DNA of 64,000 nucleotides from Leidyana gryllorum EB-2025a (GCA_048772705.1 JBLWGC010000230.1:1-64000); one strand, 5' to 3'; counted from the first letter of the stretch, positions 21,800 through 33,717 are shown. Numbers and translations: made by a program. Notes: generated by a model not told the origin, from the letters alone.

Positions 21800-23115
21800 A
21801 TCAAGTAGCAAATAAGTGTGAAACAAGTGTCAAACAACTCGGAAACCAGTGTCAAGCAAGGCTGGAACATGTTGCAAACAAGTGTCAAACATGTCGCGAA
21901 GCAAGGGTCAAAGCAGTTCGCAACAAGTCTCAAACATGTTGGAAACAACTCGCAAACAAGTGTCAAAAGAGTAGCAAACATGTGGCAAACAAGTGTTCAA
22001 CAACTCGCAAACAAGTGTCAAACATGTATCAAACAAGTGTCAAGCATGTGGCAAACATGTGTCAAACAAGTGAGAAGCATGTGTGTAACACGTGGCAAAC
22101 AATTAGCAAACAAGTGTCAAAGATGTCGCAAACAAGTAACTAACAAGTGTGAAACAAGTGGCAAACATGTGTCAAAGATGTCGCAAACATATCGCAAACA
22201 TATCCTAAACGAGTGTCAAACAGGTGTGAAACATGTGGCAACAAACAAGTGGCAAACATGTGTGTCACACGTGGCAAAAAAGTAGCAAAACAAGTGTCAA
22301 AGATGTCGCAAACAAGTGTCAAACGAGTGTCAAACAAGTGTGAAACATGTGGCAAACATGTAGGAAACAAGTGGCAAACGTGTGTGTAACACGTGGCAAA
22401 CAAGTAGCAAAACAAGTGTCAAAGATGTCGCAAACATGTCGCAAAGATGTCGCAAACATGTCGCAAACAAGTGTCAAACGAGTGTCAAACAAGTGTGGAA
22501 CATGTGGCAAAAAAGTGTTAAACATGTGGCAAACAAGTCTCAACGGAGTTTCAAACAAGTGTTAAACATGTGGCAAAGAACTGGCAAGCAAGTGTAAAGC
22601 ATGTGTCAAACGAGTGTCAAACAAGTGTGGAACATGTGGCAAAAAAGTGTTAAACATGTGGCGAACAAGTCTCAACGGAGTTTCAAACAAGTGTTAAACA
22701 TGTGGCAAAGAACTGGCAAGCAAGTGTAAAGCATGTGGCAAACAAGTTTCAAACGAGTGTCAAACAAGTGTGGAACATGTGGGAAAAAAGTGTTAAACAT
22801 GTGGTGAACAAGTCTCAACGGAGTTTCAAACAAGTGTTAAACATGTGGCAAAGAAGTGGCAAACACGTGTCAAACGAGAGTCAAACAAGTGTGAAATATG
22901 TGGCAGAAAAGTGTTTAACATGTGGCGAACAAGTCTCAACTGAGTGTCAAAGAAGTATGAAAGATGTGGCAAAGAAGTGGCAAGCAAGTGTAAAGCATGT
23001 AGCAAACAAGTGTCAAACGAGTGTCAAACAAGTAGCAAGCAAGTAGCAAACAAGTAGGAAACAGGTAGCAAACAAGTGTCAAACATGTCGCAAACAAGTC
23101 TCGAACATGTTGCAA
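21800..23115. repeat. Degenerate 11-bp satellite (AAACAAGTGTC / AAACATGTGGC)
   Basis: Continuous 11-bp periodicity; higher-order units start at 22476, 22608 and 22751. Confidence 0.92.
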
Positions 23116-23220
23116 AGGGGTATTGAAGGTGCTACAAAGAGATGTGTAACACAAGTATCATCTGGTACAAGTTGCACACTGGTGACGAACTCTGCTTTTT
23201 TGAAAAATTTGGTAAGGGGT

Positions 23221-23385
23221 TAAGGATGACGACATGAAAAATTCCGATGAATTAGTAACGGGTTAAGGATGACGACATGAAAAATTCCGATGAATTTGTA
23301 ACGAGATAAGGATGACGACATCAAAAAACACCGATAAACTTGTAACGAGATAAGGGTGACGACATCAAAAAATGTGATAAATTTC
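23221..23385. repeat. Four 43-44-bp tandem repeats (TAAGGATGACGACAT.AAAAA...GTAACG); second set at 25028-25192
   Basis: Units start at 23221, 23264, 23307 and 23351. Confidence 0.88.
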
Positions 23386-23499
23386 GCTTAGAGACACCCA
23401 ATAACCTCAGTAGACGAGAAATGCGGTAGGGGAGACTGAGAATGACTCAATGAGATGTTAGCTGGGGCGTCACTGGATGCTGGTTGGGGCAGGTAGCGA

Positions 23500-24177
23500 A
23501 TGGGGGTCAGTTGGCTGGGATAAAAACTGCACAATGGGGAGGTGAGGCTCTGGTCGCAAAGTGGCGAAGCTCCTTGGGGGCGTTCTGGGATGTGTGGGGA
23601 TGAGGTGTGGGAACTTACTTGGTGTGGGAACGTGCCAGACCAGTCTGAGTGGCACGAGGTCACGTCTTGGGAACATCTGGGGGGGAAGAAAGCGAGCGCG
23701 AGCGAGAAGAGGGCTTTTTGGATCTGAGAACAAAAATAACAGTCCAAGTCCCACGTCTCGCACACCAAATCTTGGGAAAAGTGGCTCGTTTGGGCTGCTA
23801 TCTGTTGCTTGCGAGCCGCACGAGAGCTAAATTAAGGAGTCTGACGACCCTTACATCTCGATGGGAGGCTAGTTTGCTGTAGCGAACGAGCCAATTGAAG
23901 TTTGGGAAGTCTCATTTTTGCAAAAATCAGGCCTTCTCGTGTCTCAGAGAGCTCGAGAGAGTCGCCTATCTCCTATTCTAGCGGTGAGATTTCGCCTAAA
24001 ATCTGGCTGCTAACTAATCAGGCCACTACTATTCCTAAGGTAAGCGAGAGAGCTAGTCTAGAGCTCCTAATCAAATTCCTATTTCACTAAAAGTCGTTTC
24101 TGGTACCCCCTAAGAACCCCCAAAAAACCTACGGTAATGGTCGGGCTCACCCTTGCGGGTTTCGCCGACCTGCACAA
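23500..24177. repeat. 678-bp repeat unit, copy 1, ending in a GC-rich hairpin
   Basis: Recurs at 25307-25984 and 25985-26662. Confidence 0.9.
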
Positions 24178-24243
24178 CTATTCATGCAACTAAAAACAGA
24201 TCACGCGTAAGGTAGGGCTAGACTTGACTCGGTGTACCGCTAC

Positions 24244-24920
24244 AGTGTCAAACCAGTGTGGAACATGTGGCAAAAAAGTGTTAAACATGTGGCGAACAAG
24301 TCTCAACGGAGTTTCAAACAAGTGTAAAGCATGTGGCAAAGAACTGGCAAGCAAGTGTAAAGCATGTGGCAAACAAGTTTCAAAGAAGTATCAAACAAGT
24401 AGCAAACAAGTGTCAAACGAGTGTCGAACAAGTGTGGAACATGTGGCAAAAAAGTGTTAAACATGTGGCGAACAAGTCTCAACGGAGTTTCAAACAAGTG
24501 TTAAACATGTGGCAAAGAACTGGCAAGCAAGTGTAAAGCATGTGGCAAACAAGTTTCAAACGAGTGTCAAACAAGTGTGGAACATGTGGGAAAAAAGTGT
24601 TAAACATGTGGTGAACAAGTCTCAACGGAGTTTCAAACAAGTGTTAAACATGTGGCAAAGAAGTGGCAAACACGTGTCAAACGAGAGTCAAACAAGTGTG
24701 AAATATGTGGCAGAAAAGTGTTTAACATGTGGCGAACAAGTCTCAACTGAGTGTCAAAGAAGTATGAAAGATGTGGCAAAGAAGTGGCAAGCAAGTGTAA
24801 AGCATGTAGCAAACAAGTGTCAAACGAGTGTCAAACAAGTAGCAAGCAAGTAGCAAACAAGTAGGAAACAGGTAGCAAACAAGTGTCAAACATGTCGCAA
24901 ACAAGTCTCGAACATGTTGC
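24244..24920. repeat. Second block of the 11-bp satellite
   Basis: Same monomers as 21800-23115. Confidence 0.9.
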
Positions 24921-25306
24921 AAAGGGGTATTGAAGGTGCTACAAAGAGATGTGTAACACAAGTATCATCTGGTACAAGTTGCACACTGGTGACGAACTCT
25001 GCTTTTTTGAAAAATTTGGTAAGGGGTTAAGGATGACGACATGAAAAATTCCGATGAATTAGTAACGGGTTAAGGATGACGACATGAAAAATTCCGATGA
25101 ATTTGTAACGAGATAAGGATGACGACATCAAAAAACACCGATAAACTTGTAACGAGATAAGGGTGACGACATCAAAAAATGTGATAAATTTCGCTTAGAG
25201 ACACCCAATAACCTCAGTAGACGAGAAATGCGGTAGGGGAGACTGAGAATGACTCAATGAGATGTTAGCTGGGGCGTCACTGGATGCTGGTTGGGGCAGG
25301 TAGCGA

Positions 25307-26662
25307 ATGGGGGTCAGTTGGCTGGGATAAAAACTGCACAATGGGGAGGTGAGGCTCTGGTCGCAAAGTGGCGAAGCTCCTTGGGGGCGTTCTGGGATGT
25401 GTGGGGATGAGGTGTGGGAACTTACTTGGTGTGGGAACGTGCCAGACCAGTCTGAGTGGCACGAGGTCACGTCTTGGGAACATCTGGGGGGGAAGAAAGC
25501 GAGCGCGAGCGAGAAGAGGGCTTTTTGGATCTGAGAACAAAAATAACAGTCCAAGTCCCACGTCTCGCACACCAAATCTTGGGAAAAGTGGCTCGTTTGG
25601 GCTGCTATCTGTTGCTTGCGAGCCGCACGAGAGCTAAATTAAGGAGTCTGACGACCCTTACATCTCGATGGGAGGCTAGTTTGCTGTAGCGAACGAGCCA
25701 ATTGAAGTTTGGGAAGTCTCATTTTTGCAAAAATCAGGCCTTCTCGTGTCTCAGAGAGCTCGAGAGAGTCGCCTATCTCCTATTCTAGCGGTGAGATTTC
25801 GCCTAAAATCTGGCTGCTAACTAATCAGGCCACTACTATTCCTAAGGTAAGCGAGAGAGCTAGTCTAGAGCTCCTAATCAAATTCCTATTTCACTAAAAG
25901 TCGTTTCTGGTACCCCCTAAGAACCCCCAAAAAATCTACGGTAATGGTCGGGCTCACCCTTGCGGGTTTCGCCGACCTGCACAAATGGGGGTCAGTTGGC
26001 TGGGATAAAAACTGCACAATGGGGAGGTGAGGCTCTGGTCGCAAAGTGGCGAAGCTCCTTGGGGGCGTTCTGGGATGTGTGGGGATGAGGTGTGGGAACT
26101 TACTTGGTGTGGGAACGTGCCAGACCAGTCTGAGTGGCACGAGGTCACGTCTTGGGAACATCTGGGGGGGAAGAAAGCGAGCGCGAGCGAGAAGAGGGCT
26201 TTTTGGATCTGAGAACAAAAATAACAGTCCAAGTCCCACGTCTCGCACACCAAATCTTGGGAAAAGTGGCTCGTTTGGGCTGCTATCTGTTGCTTGCGAG
26301 CCGCACGAGGGCTAAATTAAGGAGTCTGACGACCCTTACATCTCGATGGGAGGCTAGTTTGCTGTAGCGAACGAGCCAATTGAAGTTTGGGAAGTCTCAT
26401 TTTTGCAAAAATCAGGCCTTCTCGTGTCTCAGAGAGCTCGAGAGAGTCGCCTATCTCCTATTCTAGCGGCGAGATTGCGCCTAAAATCTGGCTGCCAACT
26501 AATCAGGCCACTACTATTCCTAAGGTAAGCGAGAGAGCTAGTCTAGAGCTTCTAATCAAATTCCTATTTCACTAAAAGTCGTTTCTGGTACCCCCTAAGA
26601 ACCCCCAAAAAACCTACGGTAATGGTCGGGCACACCCTTGCGGGTTTCGCCGACCTGCACAA
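25307..26662. repeat. 678-bp repeat unit, tandem copies 2 and 3
   Basis: Offset 678 (ORFs 25349/26027); copy 3 carries several substitutions. Confidence 0.92.
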
Positions 26663-26913
26663 CAACACTTACATCCTACAATTTTAAAAAACGCCCAAAA
26701 ACCTATGTCTCTTGCTTTGGGGAGCCTGCGCTGTGCTCCGAATCCTTACCACCCGCACCGGCAGAGAGGTATCGAATAATAGAATAATTTGCCATCGTCT
26801 AGCGATGCGGAGTCCGATAGATGCTCCGCACAGGGATTTGAGATGTCAAATGAAGAAGGCCATATGACCAAGGAGAAAAAGGTTTAATACATTTTGTTGA
26901 GTGGAATTTACGA

Positions 26914-29613
26914 ATGGATGAAATTCTCGCCAGCTCCCAACTATACAACATCCGAGCGCTCAGCCTCCAGCTACTTGCAGCAGCATTACGTCAATCGTCC
27001 CACTTCAGGTCGATTTTCATTGCGCGTGATGGTTTCGAAAGTCTCCTTGCTATGGTGAAAGTTGGTGTCGAGTCCGCGGAAAGCCGATTCCTCGTGTCTA
27101 AACGAGGCGTCGAGAGTATCTTATGTACTCCAGGAAACAACCAGTGTATCAGTGAACAACAACACTTACTCAAAACGGTGGGAAGGATTCAGGTTGTCCC
27201 ACTTCGCGCACAGTTGGCAAATCGAATGATCTACAAAGCTGCACTGGAGCCCACCATCTTCGAAGCCGTCTCCCTCTGTTTCCTCCTAAGTCGCGATTCT
27301 TTCGGTAGACGCTATCTGTGTAATTCAGTCGAGGTTTCCCAAACTCTCATCGACGTTCTCAGCCGTTGGATAGCCTTGTTGTGCGAACAGCGACGCTGGA
27401 GGAACTTCTTGCTGCAGACGATCACAGATAACACAACTGAGCAAACCAGTTGTGCTGTGCATGAGGAGATCTTAAGCCTCTCATCATCGGCGAGCTTAGT
27501 TGACAATAATTCGATATTGTGCTTGCTCGGCCTGCTCCGACAACTGCTAACCCCTGAAACGGCGGAGCATGCGGATGACAAAGCCATTCAGGAGTGCGCG
27601 GGACGCGTGATGCGAGTTTGCACTGCTTATGGAAGAGGGCGGCTGCTGGGTGCTTTGCTACAAGGACTCGTACTCTCCAGATCAGAGGAGGATGCCCAAA
27701 TATTATCAAGAAGTCGAAAGCTCACGGTCATGTGCACGGCAGAGCTGCTCACCTGCCTTCTGACATCAAAAGTTGAACCCGACATATTGAGAGCCACTGT
27801 GCTGAGCTCTCTAGGGCCGTCGTCATTGCAGATTATGGGCTTGTCCGGTACATCAGCCCCCGGGAACACACGTCGCGTTCCCACACCATGCTGGTACGAG
27901 GCCCCGATTGAGGATTTATTGGTGTGGTTGGCGGTGACTACTCCAGATGCATTCGTGAGAGAGCAGACGCGGAGCATTTTGCGCCTGGTACGTCAAAGTG
28001 AATTGGTTTTTCCATCCAATATTAGGCCTGTCTCTATTGCGAGCTTCTGCGTCAGCATCTCTTCGCCGCTTTGATTCAGGCTGCTGACAGGCTGGATCAG
28101 TCGGTGGAGACCCCTGTAGATCCCATCTCTGCGAATGATCAAGCAACTTGGTTCCGTCGATCCGATCCTACCTGTTGGCCCCTTGATTTGTTGCGCTCAG
28201 CCCAGGACAATCAGATTGCCGATCTGCTGTTCATATTAGAGTGCATGGCCTTGGGAGGAACGCCTCAACAAAGTGCGATAAGGGCTGCGCTGGCTCAGGT
28301 GAATGAATATTGATACGTCCAAATCAGACCTTCAGGTGAAAATCATTCCCACCATGGATCAGAAGCACTGTGAGTCCTTGCTCACCCACGTGCTGAGAGC
28401 ATGGGTCAAAGCCTTGAGCGATAACGACAGGACGATGGTGGAGATGTGTCAGATGGTACTGATGATTTGGAGTTCAGGGTCGAGGATTATACCAGCATTC
28501 GATCGACCCAGTCCCCATCCTGCAGGCGGTGATCGCAAAGGTCGTCGAAAGGTCCCGCAAGCTGTTTGGGAGAACTTGTACTTCGAGAAAAGTTGCTTGA
28601 TGACTGAAGCCTCCATGACTTCCCTTCAGCGAGCCCTCATTTTAATCTGCGACTCCGAACGGCCGGAAGAGCATTTGGTAAGACTTCGTCGGAGATGACT
28701 CTGGCGACCGCAGGACTGTAGGATTTTGGCGCCTACTTTCTGGTGACAGTGCTGGGAAGAGCTTTGCAGATAGCTGAGATGGCGGAGTATGCTCCTCCTC
28801 CCGAACGTGAGCTCATGCACGGAGATTGTGTCTCCCATCAGTATCGATGTAGTTTGGGAAGTATTTGGGGCCAACGAACTCTCAACTTTTGAGTTGGCAT
28901 TGACACAACTGACCACCTCTTTGACTACTCAAAGGTCGTCTTGTCTGTTGAGTCGAGCGGCCGATGCCCATCGATCGCTCCTGAGCTACTCCTTGGTGAG
29001 AAGAACATATTGGAGAAGGAATATGCCGTGCAGACGAGGATCCCTGGCGACAAGGTTTACGAATGTATCTTCGGCGAGTTGTCATCGCTCATACAAGGCG
29101 CGGTTGACGGTCGATCTGGTAGTCAATTTCGAAATCAACGGCCGTGTCCTTTGCTTACCGCACCGTTGTCCTCCGTGTTCCGACACATCACCCTGTCCGG
29201 CCATCATCCCGAGGTTTTGCTAGCTTTGGCTCACAAAGCTGTTCACATGCAAGGGCTCCTGCAATGTGTTGGGTTTGCCCTCAACTATGGAATGTCGGCA
29301 CACCACGAGGAGGTCACCAATGTGAACAAATCCAATATTTCATCCATCAGCGAATCACGTCAGGTAAGGCGACCTGCGATCGGACAGAGCTGATGTTATT
29401 ATGGGCTGACTATAGATATTGGATGCTATCAAAAGTCTGGAAGAGAAGTTAGAGAAGCAAACGTTGATAAGTGGACGGAGCACACATGCGAGTCCACCAG
29501 CCACAGATTGGCACAAGTTAAGTCGTCAACTGGAGAATCACAGTCGCAAAGACTTGATTGTGATTATCGGCAGTCTCCTGGAGTGGGTGGAATACTTGGA
29601 GACTCCTAGGTAA
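26914..29613 (+). CDS. Multi-exon hypothetical Leu-rich helical protein; boundaries uncertain
   Basis: 386-aa ORF followed by a chain of same-strand ORFs consistent with short introns; no recognised domain. Confidence 0.5.
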
Positions 29614-29737
29614 CATCTCTTCGTAATTTACACTGTCGTGCAGTCGAGCGCCCAAAGAATCCTCCAAGCCCTCTATCTCTTCTATAGGGCTTCCGAGTTC
29701 TGGGGCTCAGGGTAAGGGGGGGTCAAGGTGGCCGATT

Positions 29738-30646
29738 GTGCCCATCTCGTTGAAATCTGCAGAGTCCAACAAGGACATGGGAGTGGTCCTCGAGGAGGGA
29801 GGTAGGAATCATCACGTCGCCGTTCGTGCCGGAACGGACAACGATAAGTTGTATTCGCCCACGGCAAGACCTGACAGTCAGGAATCGAGTTGGCTGCCGA
29901 TGGTGAAGCGCGAAGCGGCGGGTGTGTCTGATGGGGTCCCTGAAGAACGCCCAGTGTCTCAAACCAGTATGGTTGTGTGCGAAAGCGCGCCACCGCTGGG
30001 AATCACCGGGAATCATGACGAGAAGACGGGTATCTCCTCCTGTGAGGGTTGGAGAAAGTGGACCGAGGAGAAAGCTGACCGTTCACTCTCACGAGATACT
30101 CAACGATTTCCACCGCAAAATAGCACGGTGCAGCTCCCACGAATGCCTGTGTCCGGAGCAGGAGGACCGGTTGGAGGCGAAGAGACGTCATATCCGATTC
30201 ATCACGAACATTGTATCACCCTGGAGAAGCTTTCCGGTCAAACCAGAATTATGAGCGAATCCATGCACTCCGGGAGAATTATAGGAGAGACCGTTCCACC
30301 GCCACCAACCCTACCTCAATCGGCAAGGATGACCACGGCTAGATCCAGCATGCTTATACACCTCACGTCGAGCGGAGAACACCCCTTGTTGGGTCGAGTA
30401 GGCCAGCAGCTGGACCTTGTGAACAGCAGACAATGGCCCGGTCGAGATACAATTGATCAGGACGCCGTTGACGGAGATCGAGGAGAGCGTCGACCCGCTT
30501 CCCACAGCACGGAGCAAGTAGTGCTTGGCGATATTGCAGGCGAAGCATCGAACATCCCCGCGCATGACGACGAGGGCGAGATCGGGATTCCAAGTTTAGG
30601 CGAGCTATTGGATGAGATGGACAAGGGAGCTGACCGCCTAAGATAG
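29738..30646 (+). CDS. Low-complexity hypothetical ORF, possibly the last exon of the upstream gene
   Basis: 302-aa open frame. Confidence 0.4.
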   Translation: MPISLKSAESNKDMGVVLEEGGRNHHVAVRAGTDNDKLYSPTARPDSQESSWLPMVKREAAGVSDGVPEERPVSQTSMVVCESAPPLGITGNHDEKTGISSCEGWRKWTEEKADRSLSRDTQRFPPQNSTVQLPRMPVSGAGGPVGGEETSYPIHHEHCITLEKLSGQTRIMSESMHSGRIIGETVPPPPTLPQSARMTTARSSMLIHLTSSGEHPLLGRVGQQLDLVNSRQWPGRDTIDQDAVDGDRGERRPASHSTEQVVLGDIAGEASNIPAHDDEGEIGIPSLGELLDEMDKGADRLR

Positions 30647-30750
30647 GCACCTCGGAGACAGATGTTTTGAAAGAGTGTAATAGGTAAAGGTCAGCAGGTG
30701 AGCGACGATGTTCAGACATTGAGCGACACATCATGTCAGTTAGGCATCTC

Positions 30751-33669
30751 CTAGGGCTGAGGAACGAACCGCCCAGCTGTTTGTGTCTCTGAAACAAATC
30801 GCCCAGCTGTTTGCGTCTCAGAAACAATCTGCGACTCTTCGTTGCCAAAATTGGAGAATGGTCCTGAAAACACGTCGGATGTTGCCACGTTCCATGGCGA
30901 GAACTCGCTTGCGAATGCATCTGCTGGGAATTGCAAAGACGGAGTTCCGAAACCATTCGGCATCGGCACACTAGAGGGCAGTATCGGAACGTCCGCCATG
31001 TCCGCCGGCGGAGGGGAATGAACTCCGAGAGAATGGGTGATTGAAGCGCTGGAGGCTTGGGCTCGTGCCACTGTACTCAATGCAGGTGGCCTGAGTGCCA
31101 GACTATTCATGGTCGCTTGAGGATCTTCCTTCCCAGAGAGCATCTTCTCAAATGCGAATACATGGTAAAAGCCAATGACCTCTGCTTGTTGGGAGGCCGT
31201 TGCGGAATTGGGTATGACCTGCTGCATCCGCCTGTCGAATTCTCGAGCATCCATATGACCTTTTTGGAGCATTTGCGCCATGTATTCATTGAAAGGACAA
31301 GCCATCAGACAGCGCAACCCATGTCGCTGAGCCAATCTACAGAACGCTCGCCACGGCACGATATACTCTGATGCATCAATGTGATCCACCAACCAGAAAT
31401 TGTACATCAATCCCCAGCGCTCACTCAACTCCAACAGGAGAGTGTCATCGTCTATGAGATGGTGGGTCTCAGCGTCTCGCTCGCTGAAACCCATAGCTGT
31501 GGGGCCTGCCGAGGCGGCCTGCCCCAGAACTGAATGTCTGTATGCCTCCAGCCACGGATGAGTCGGCAACACGTCCACTGGCGGTTTCGTGGCCATCTCT
31601 GCTGCCGCGTTCTGTATGACCTCGTCACTCTCTGGTGCGCCTCGAATATCGGCATAGCTCTCGGCGGAGAAAATGACGTTATAGACTTCATTGCCGAAAA
31701 TGTAACGAACTGCGGCAGCCGAGGTATCACGAAAAAGCCCTTCACGCATTCGTGTATGGATAACGAAGCTCGACGGACAACTTCCAATAAACATGCCTCC
31801 CGCCTTCAGTCGCTTGGCAATATTGCCCAATATGAGGTTCGCGTTTTCTTCGGTCTGTAGTGTGTAATGGATAGCCAGTTGTACGCTGACAACGTCCATG
31901 AGCTCAGCTTCTCCCTTCAGGAAGTGATTATACGAGTCAGGTTGCAGCATATTTCCGACGTGGAAGCGACATTGGTTGGGCATCATATTCGGGGCTTTCC
32001 TGGCATACCTTGCCCTCGCTTCGCGGATCTCGGCTGTAGAAACATCGATTCCCACAAAAAGCTTGAGCTCTTTCTTAGAGTACTTTAGCAAGTCTTGACC
32101 ATGACCACAGGCGAGATCGAGTACGCGGCTTCCCGTTGCCACGTATTCGTCTATCAAGAGCCTCTTCGCCTGGTTGTTACTCTTCCTGACAATCTCGATG
32201 GCAGAGTCTGCTGCCACTCCGATCTTCTTCAGGTTGTAATGTAATCGGGTTTCCGCGACAATGTCGCCAAATAGATTAGGGAAGTACCATCTGCTCTTGC
32301 GTTGAGTCTCGGGAGCTTTGCGGATATCAGCTTCTGTGTCGTACCCGGCCAGCATTTTTGCATTATTGATCAATAATCCAACCAATGAGTGGACGCAGGC
32401 ATCATATTCGTGTATGAAGGACGCGTGGAGCCGATTTGGGGGACCCCTTCCGACTGGCGAAGTTACAATCGGCGGGGGTGGTAGTCTCTGAGGGGACACT
32501 GCTGATCCTTTTATTTCGACCTCTTCATTGCTTTCGATAGATGTCGGACAACTGAAGTCCATCATAACATCACCATTAAGTCCATTGTGGGCAGCGGGTG
32601 GTGAGGCTTCATCGAGAGCCCCGAAAGGAGCTTCAGCCATATCGAGACCATCACTTTTCTGCCTCGTTGGAGACTTGTCAGCGCTCAATTGTCCGACCAT
32701 TCGTGTCAGTCCCGCGAGAGTCTCCTGTACAGTTGGCGAGAGGCTCAGCTCAGCGGTGCCGTCTCGAACTTCGTCTTCTACAGCGTCCAACGAGTTCAAA
32801 CTCGAGATTGTCAACACCCACCCGATAGCTTCGCAGCCATCAACGACTTCGGTGATCTCGAATCGTTGTACTTTCTTCTCTTGCACTCTCAGAGGACATC
32901 CCAGTTTTGCGATTTCCTCAGGTCTGAGCTTCTTACATGTAGAAGCAAGAATATTCAGGTGAATCTCCTCACCGGGTCGGTAGAGATACTGGGTTTCCAG
33001 GGTCTCCGACTGCACCGCTTCGACGATCTCCCGGTTCATCGCGTTTCGAGTGACCTGAACGTTATCGGCATATTCTTCGACCACGTGCAACTCCTCGTCG
33101 CCTCCGCGGAGGTTCAAAGACCTCTCGGCCAGCCGCTCCGTCAGACTCTTCCAAGTATAACTCGACAATGCGTCCAATTCGCCACGAGACAGCCATGGGT
33201 CGAATTCAAATGTACTTGTTTCCGCCGTGGACGAGGGCGGACTGAGGAGCACCTCGGACAGTATGGGGAGAGAGATGTTCTGACGTGTAGCTTTGCCCAC
33301 CAGACGACCCAGCCGAACCCGAACTTGAGTGTGTAGTGTTGCTCCCGTAGTCGCTGCTTGATGTAGCATTCGCGCCAGTTCGCCGAGGACTTGTTTGCCA
33401 GCGTTACGTTTGGAATCACATATGTTCATCGGCCGAATACACTCGAGTGATTTAACAACGCGCGGGTTCGTGAAGAATCTTCGGGAGTCCGCATCACCAG
33501 CTCCCAAATGCAGTTGGCCTTGTTGAGACTGCTGAGCCTGGCTGTTGCTCACTATAGCGGTGAGGTTCTTCACGAAATTCTGCCCTTCTTGGTGTTGATT
33601 GTCGCGATGGTGATGATTGTTATGGCGGCGCCCTCTGCCCCTACCTTGACCGCCTCTCCGATGATGCAT
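30751..33669 (-). CDS. mRNA cap guanine-N7 methyltransferase (Abd1/RNMT family) with long N-terminal extension
   Basis: HYN, RKSNNQAK, VLDLACGHGQDLLKY, GIDVS, DVVSVQLAIHY, EYIVPW, YHVFAFEK; first ATG at 33669. Confidence 0.9.
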   Translation of the reverse strand: MHHRRGGQGRGRGRRHNNHHHRDNQHQEGQNFVKNLTAIVSNSQAQQSQQGQLHLGAGDADSRRFFTNPRVVKSLECIRPMNICDSKRNAGKQVLGELARMLHQAATTGATLHTQVRVRLGRLVGKATRQNISLPILSEVLLSPPSSTAETSTFEFDPWLSRGELDALSSYTWKSLTERLAERSLNLRGGDEELHVVEEYADNVQVTRNAMNREIVEAVQSETLETQYLYRPGEEIHLNILASTCKKLRPEEIAKLGCPLRVQEKKVQRFEITEVVDGCEAIGWVLTISSLNSLDAVEDEVRDGTAELSLSPTVQETLAGLTRMVGQLSADKSPTRQKSDGLDMAEAPFGALDEASPPAAHNGLNGDVMMDFSCPTSIESNEEVEIKGSAVSPQRLPPPPIVTSPVGRGPPNRLHASFIHEYDACVHSLVGLLINNAKMLAGYDTEADIRKAPETQRKSRWYFPNLFGDIVAETRLHYNLKKIGVAADSAIEIVRKSNNQAKRLLIDEYVATGSRVLDLACGHGQDLLKYSKKELKLFVGIDVSTAEIREARARYARKAPNMMPNQCRFHVGNMLQPDSYNHFLKGEAELMDVVSVQLAIHYTLQTEENANLILGNIAKRLKAGGMFIGSCPSSFVIHTRMREGLFRDTSAAAVRYIFGNEVYNVIFSAESYADIRGAPESDEVIQNAAAEMATKPPVDVLPTHPWLEAYRHSVLGQAASAGPTAMGFSERDAETHHLIDDDTLLLELSERWGLMYNFWLVDHIDASEYIVPWRAFCRLAQRHGLRCLMACPFNEYMAQMLQKGHMDAREFDRRMQQVIPNSATASQQAEVIGFYHVFAFEKMLSGKEDPQATMNSLALRPPALSTVARAQASSASITHSLGVHSPPPADMADVPILPSSVPMPNGFGTPSLQFPADAFASEFSPWNVATSDVFSGPFSNFGNEESQIVSETQTAGRFVSETQTAGRFVPQP

Positions 33670-33717
33670 CACCGAAGGCAAAATAAATTTGAGGAGGTTG
33701 ATGTAGCTAGCTAGGGA

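Larger units (their letters stand above)
22608..25984. repeat. Direct duplication with 1807-bp period (about 22608-24177 and 24415-25984)
   Basis: Identical ORF-track entries offset by 1807 (22702/24509, 23388/25195). Confidence 0.92.

Noticed and set aside
23210-23270. Telomeric repeats (TAAGGGGTT, GGGTTAAGG)
   Set aside because: Isolated words within the 43-bp repeat, not a tandem tract
23221-23385. CRISPR array
   Set aside because: No unique spacers, no cas genes, eukaryotic context
21691-24961. ORFs in the satellite (KQVANKCQTS-type repeats)
   Set aside because: All frames give the same permuted peptide because the monomer is 11 bp
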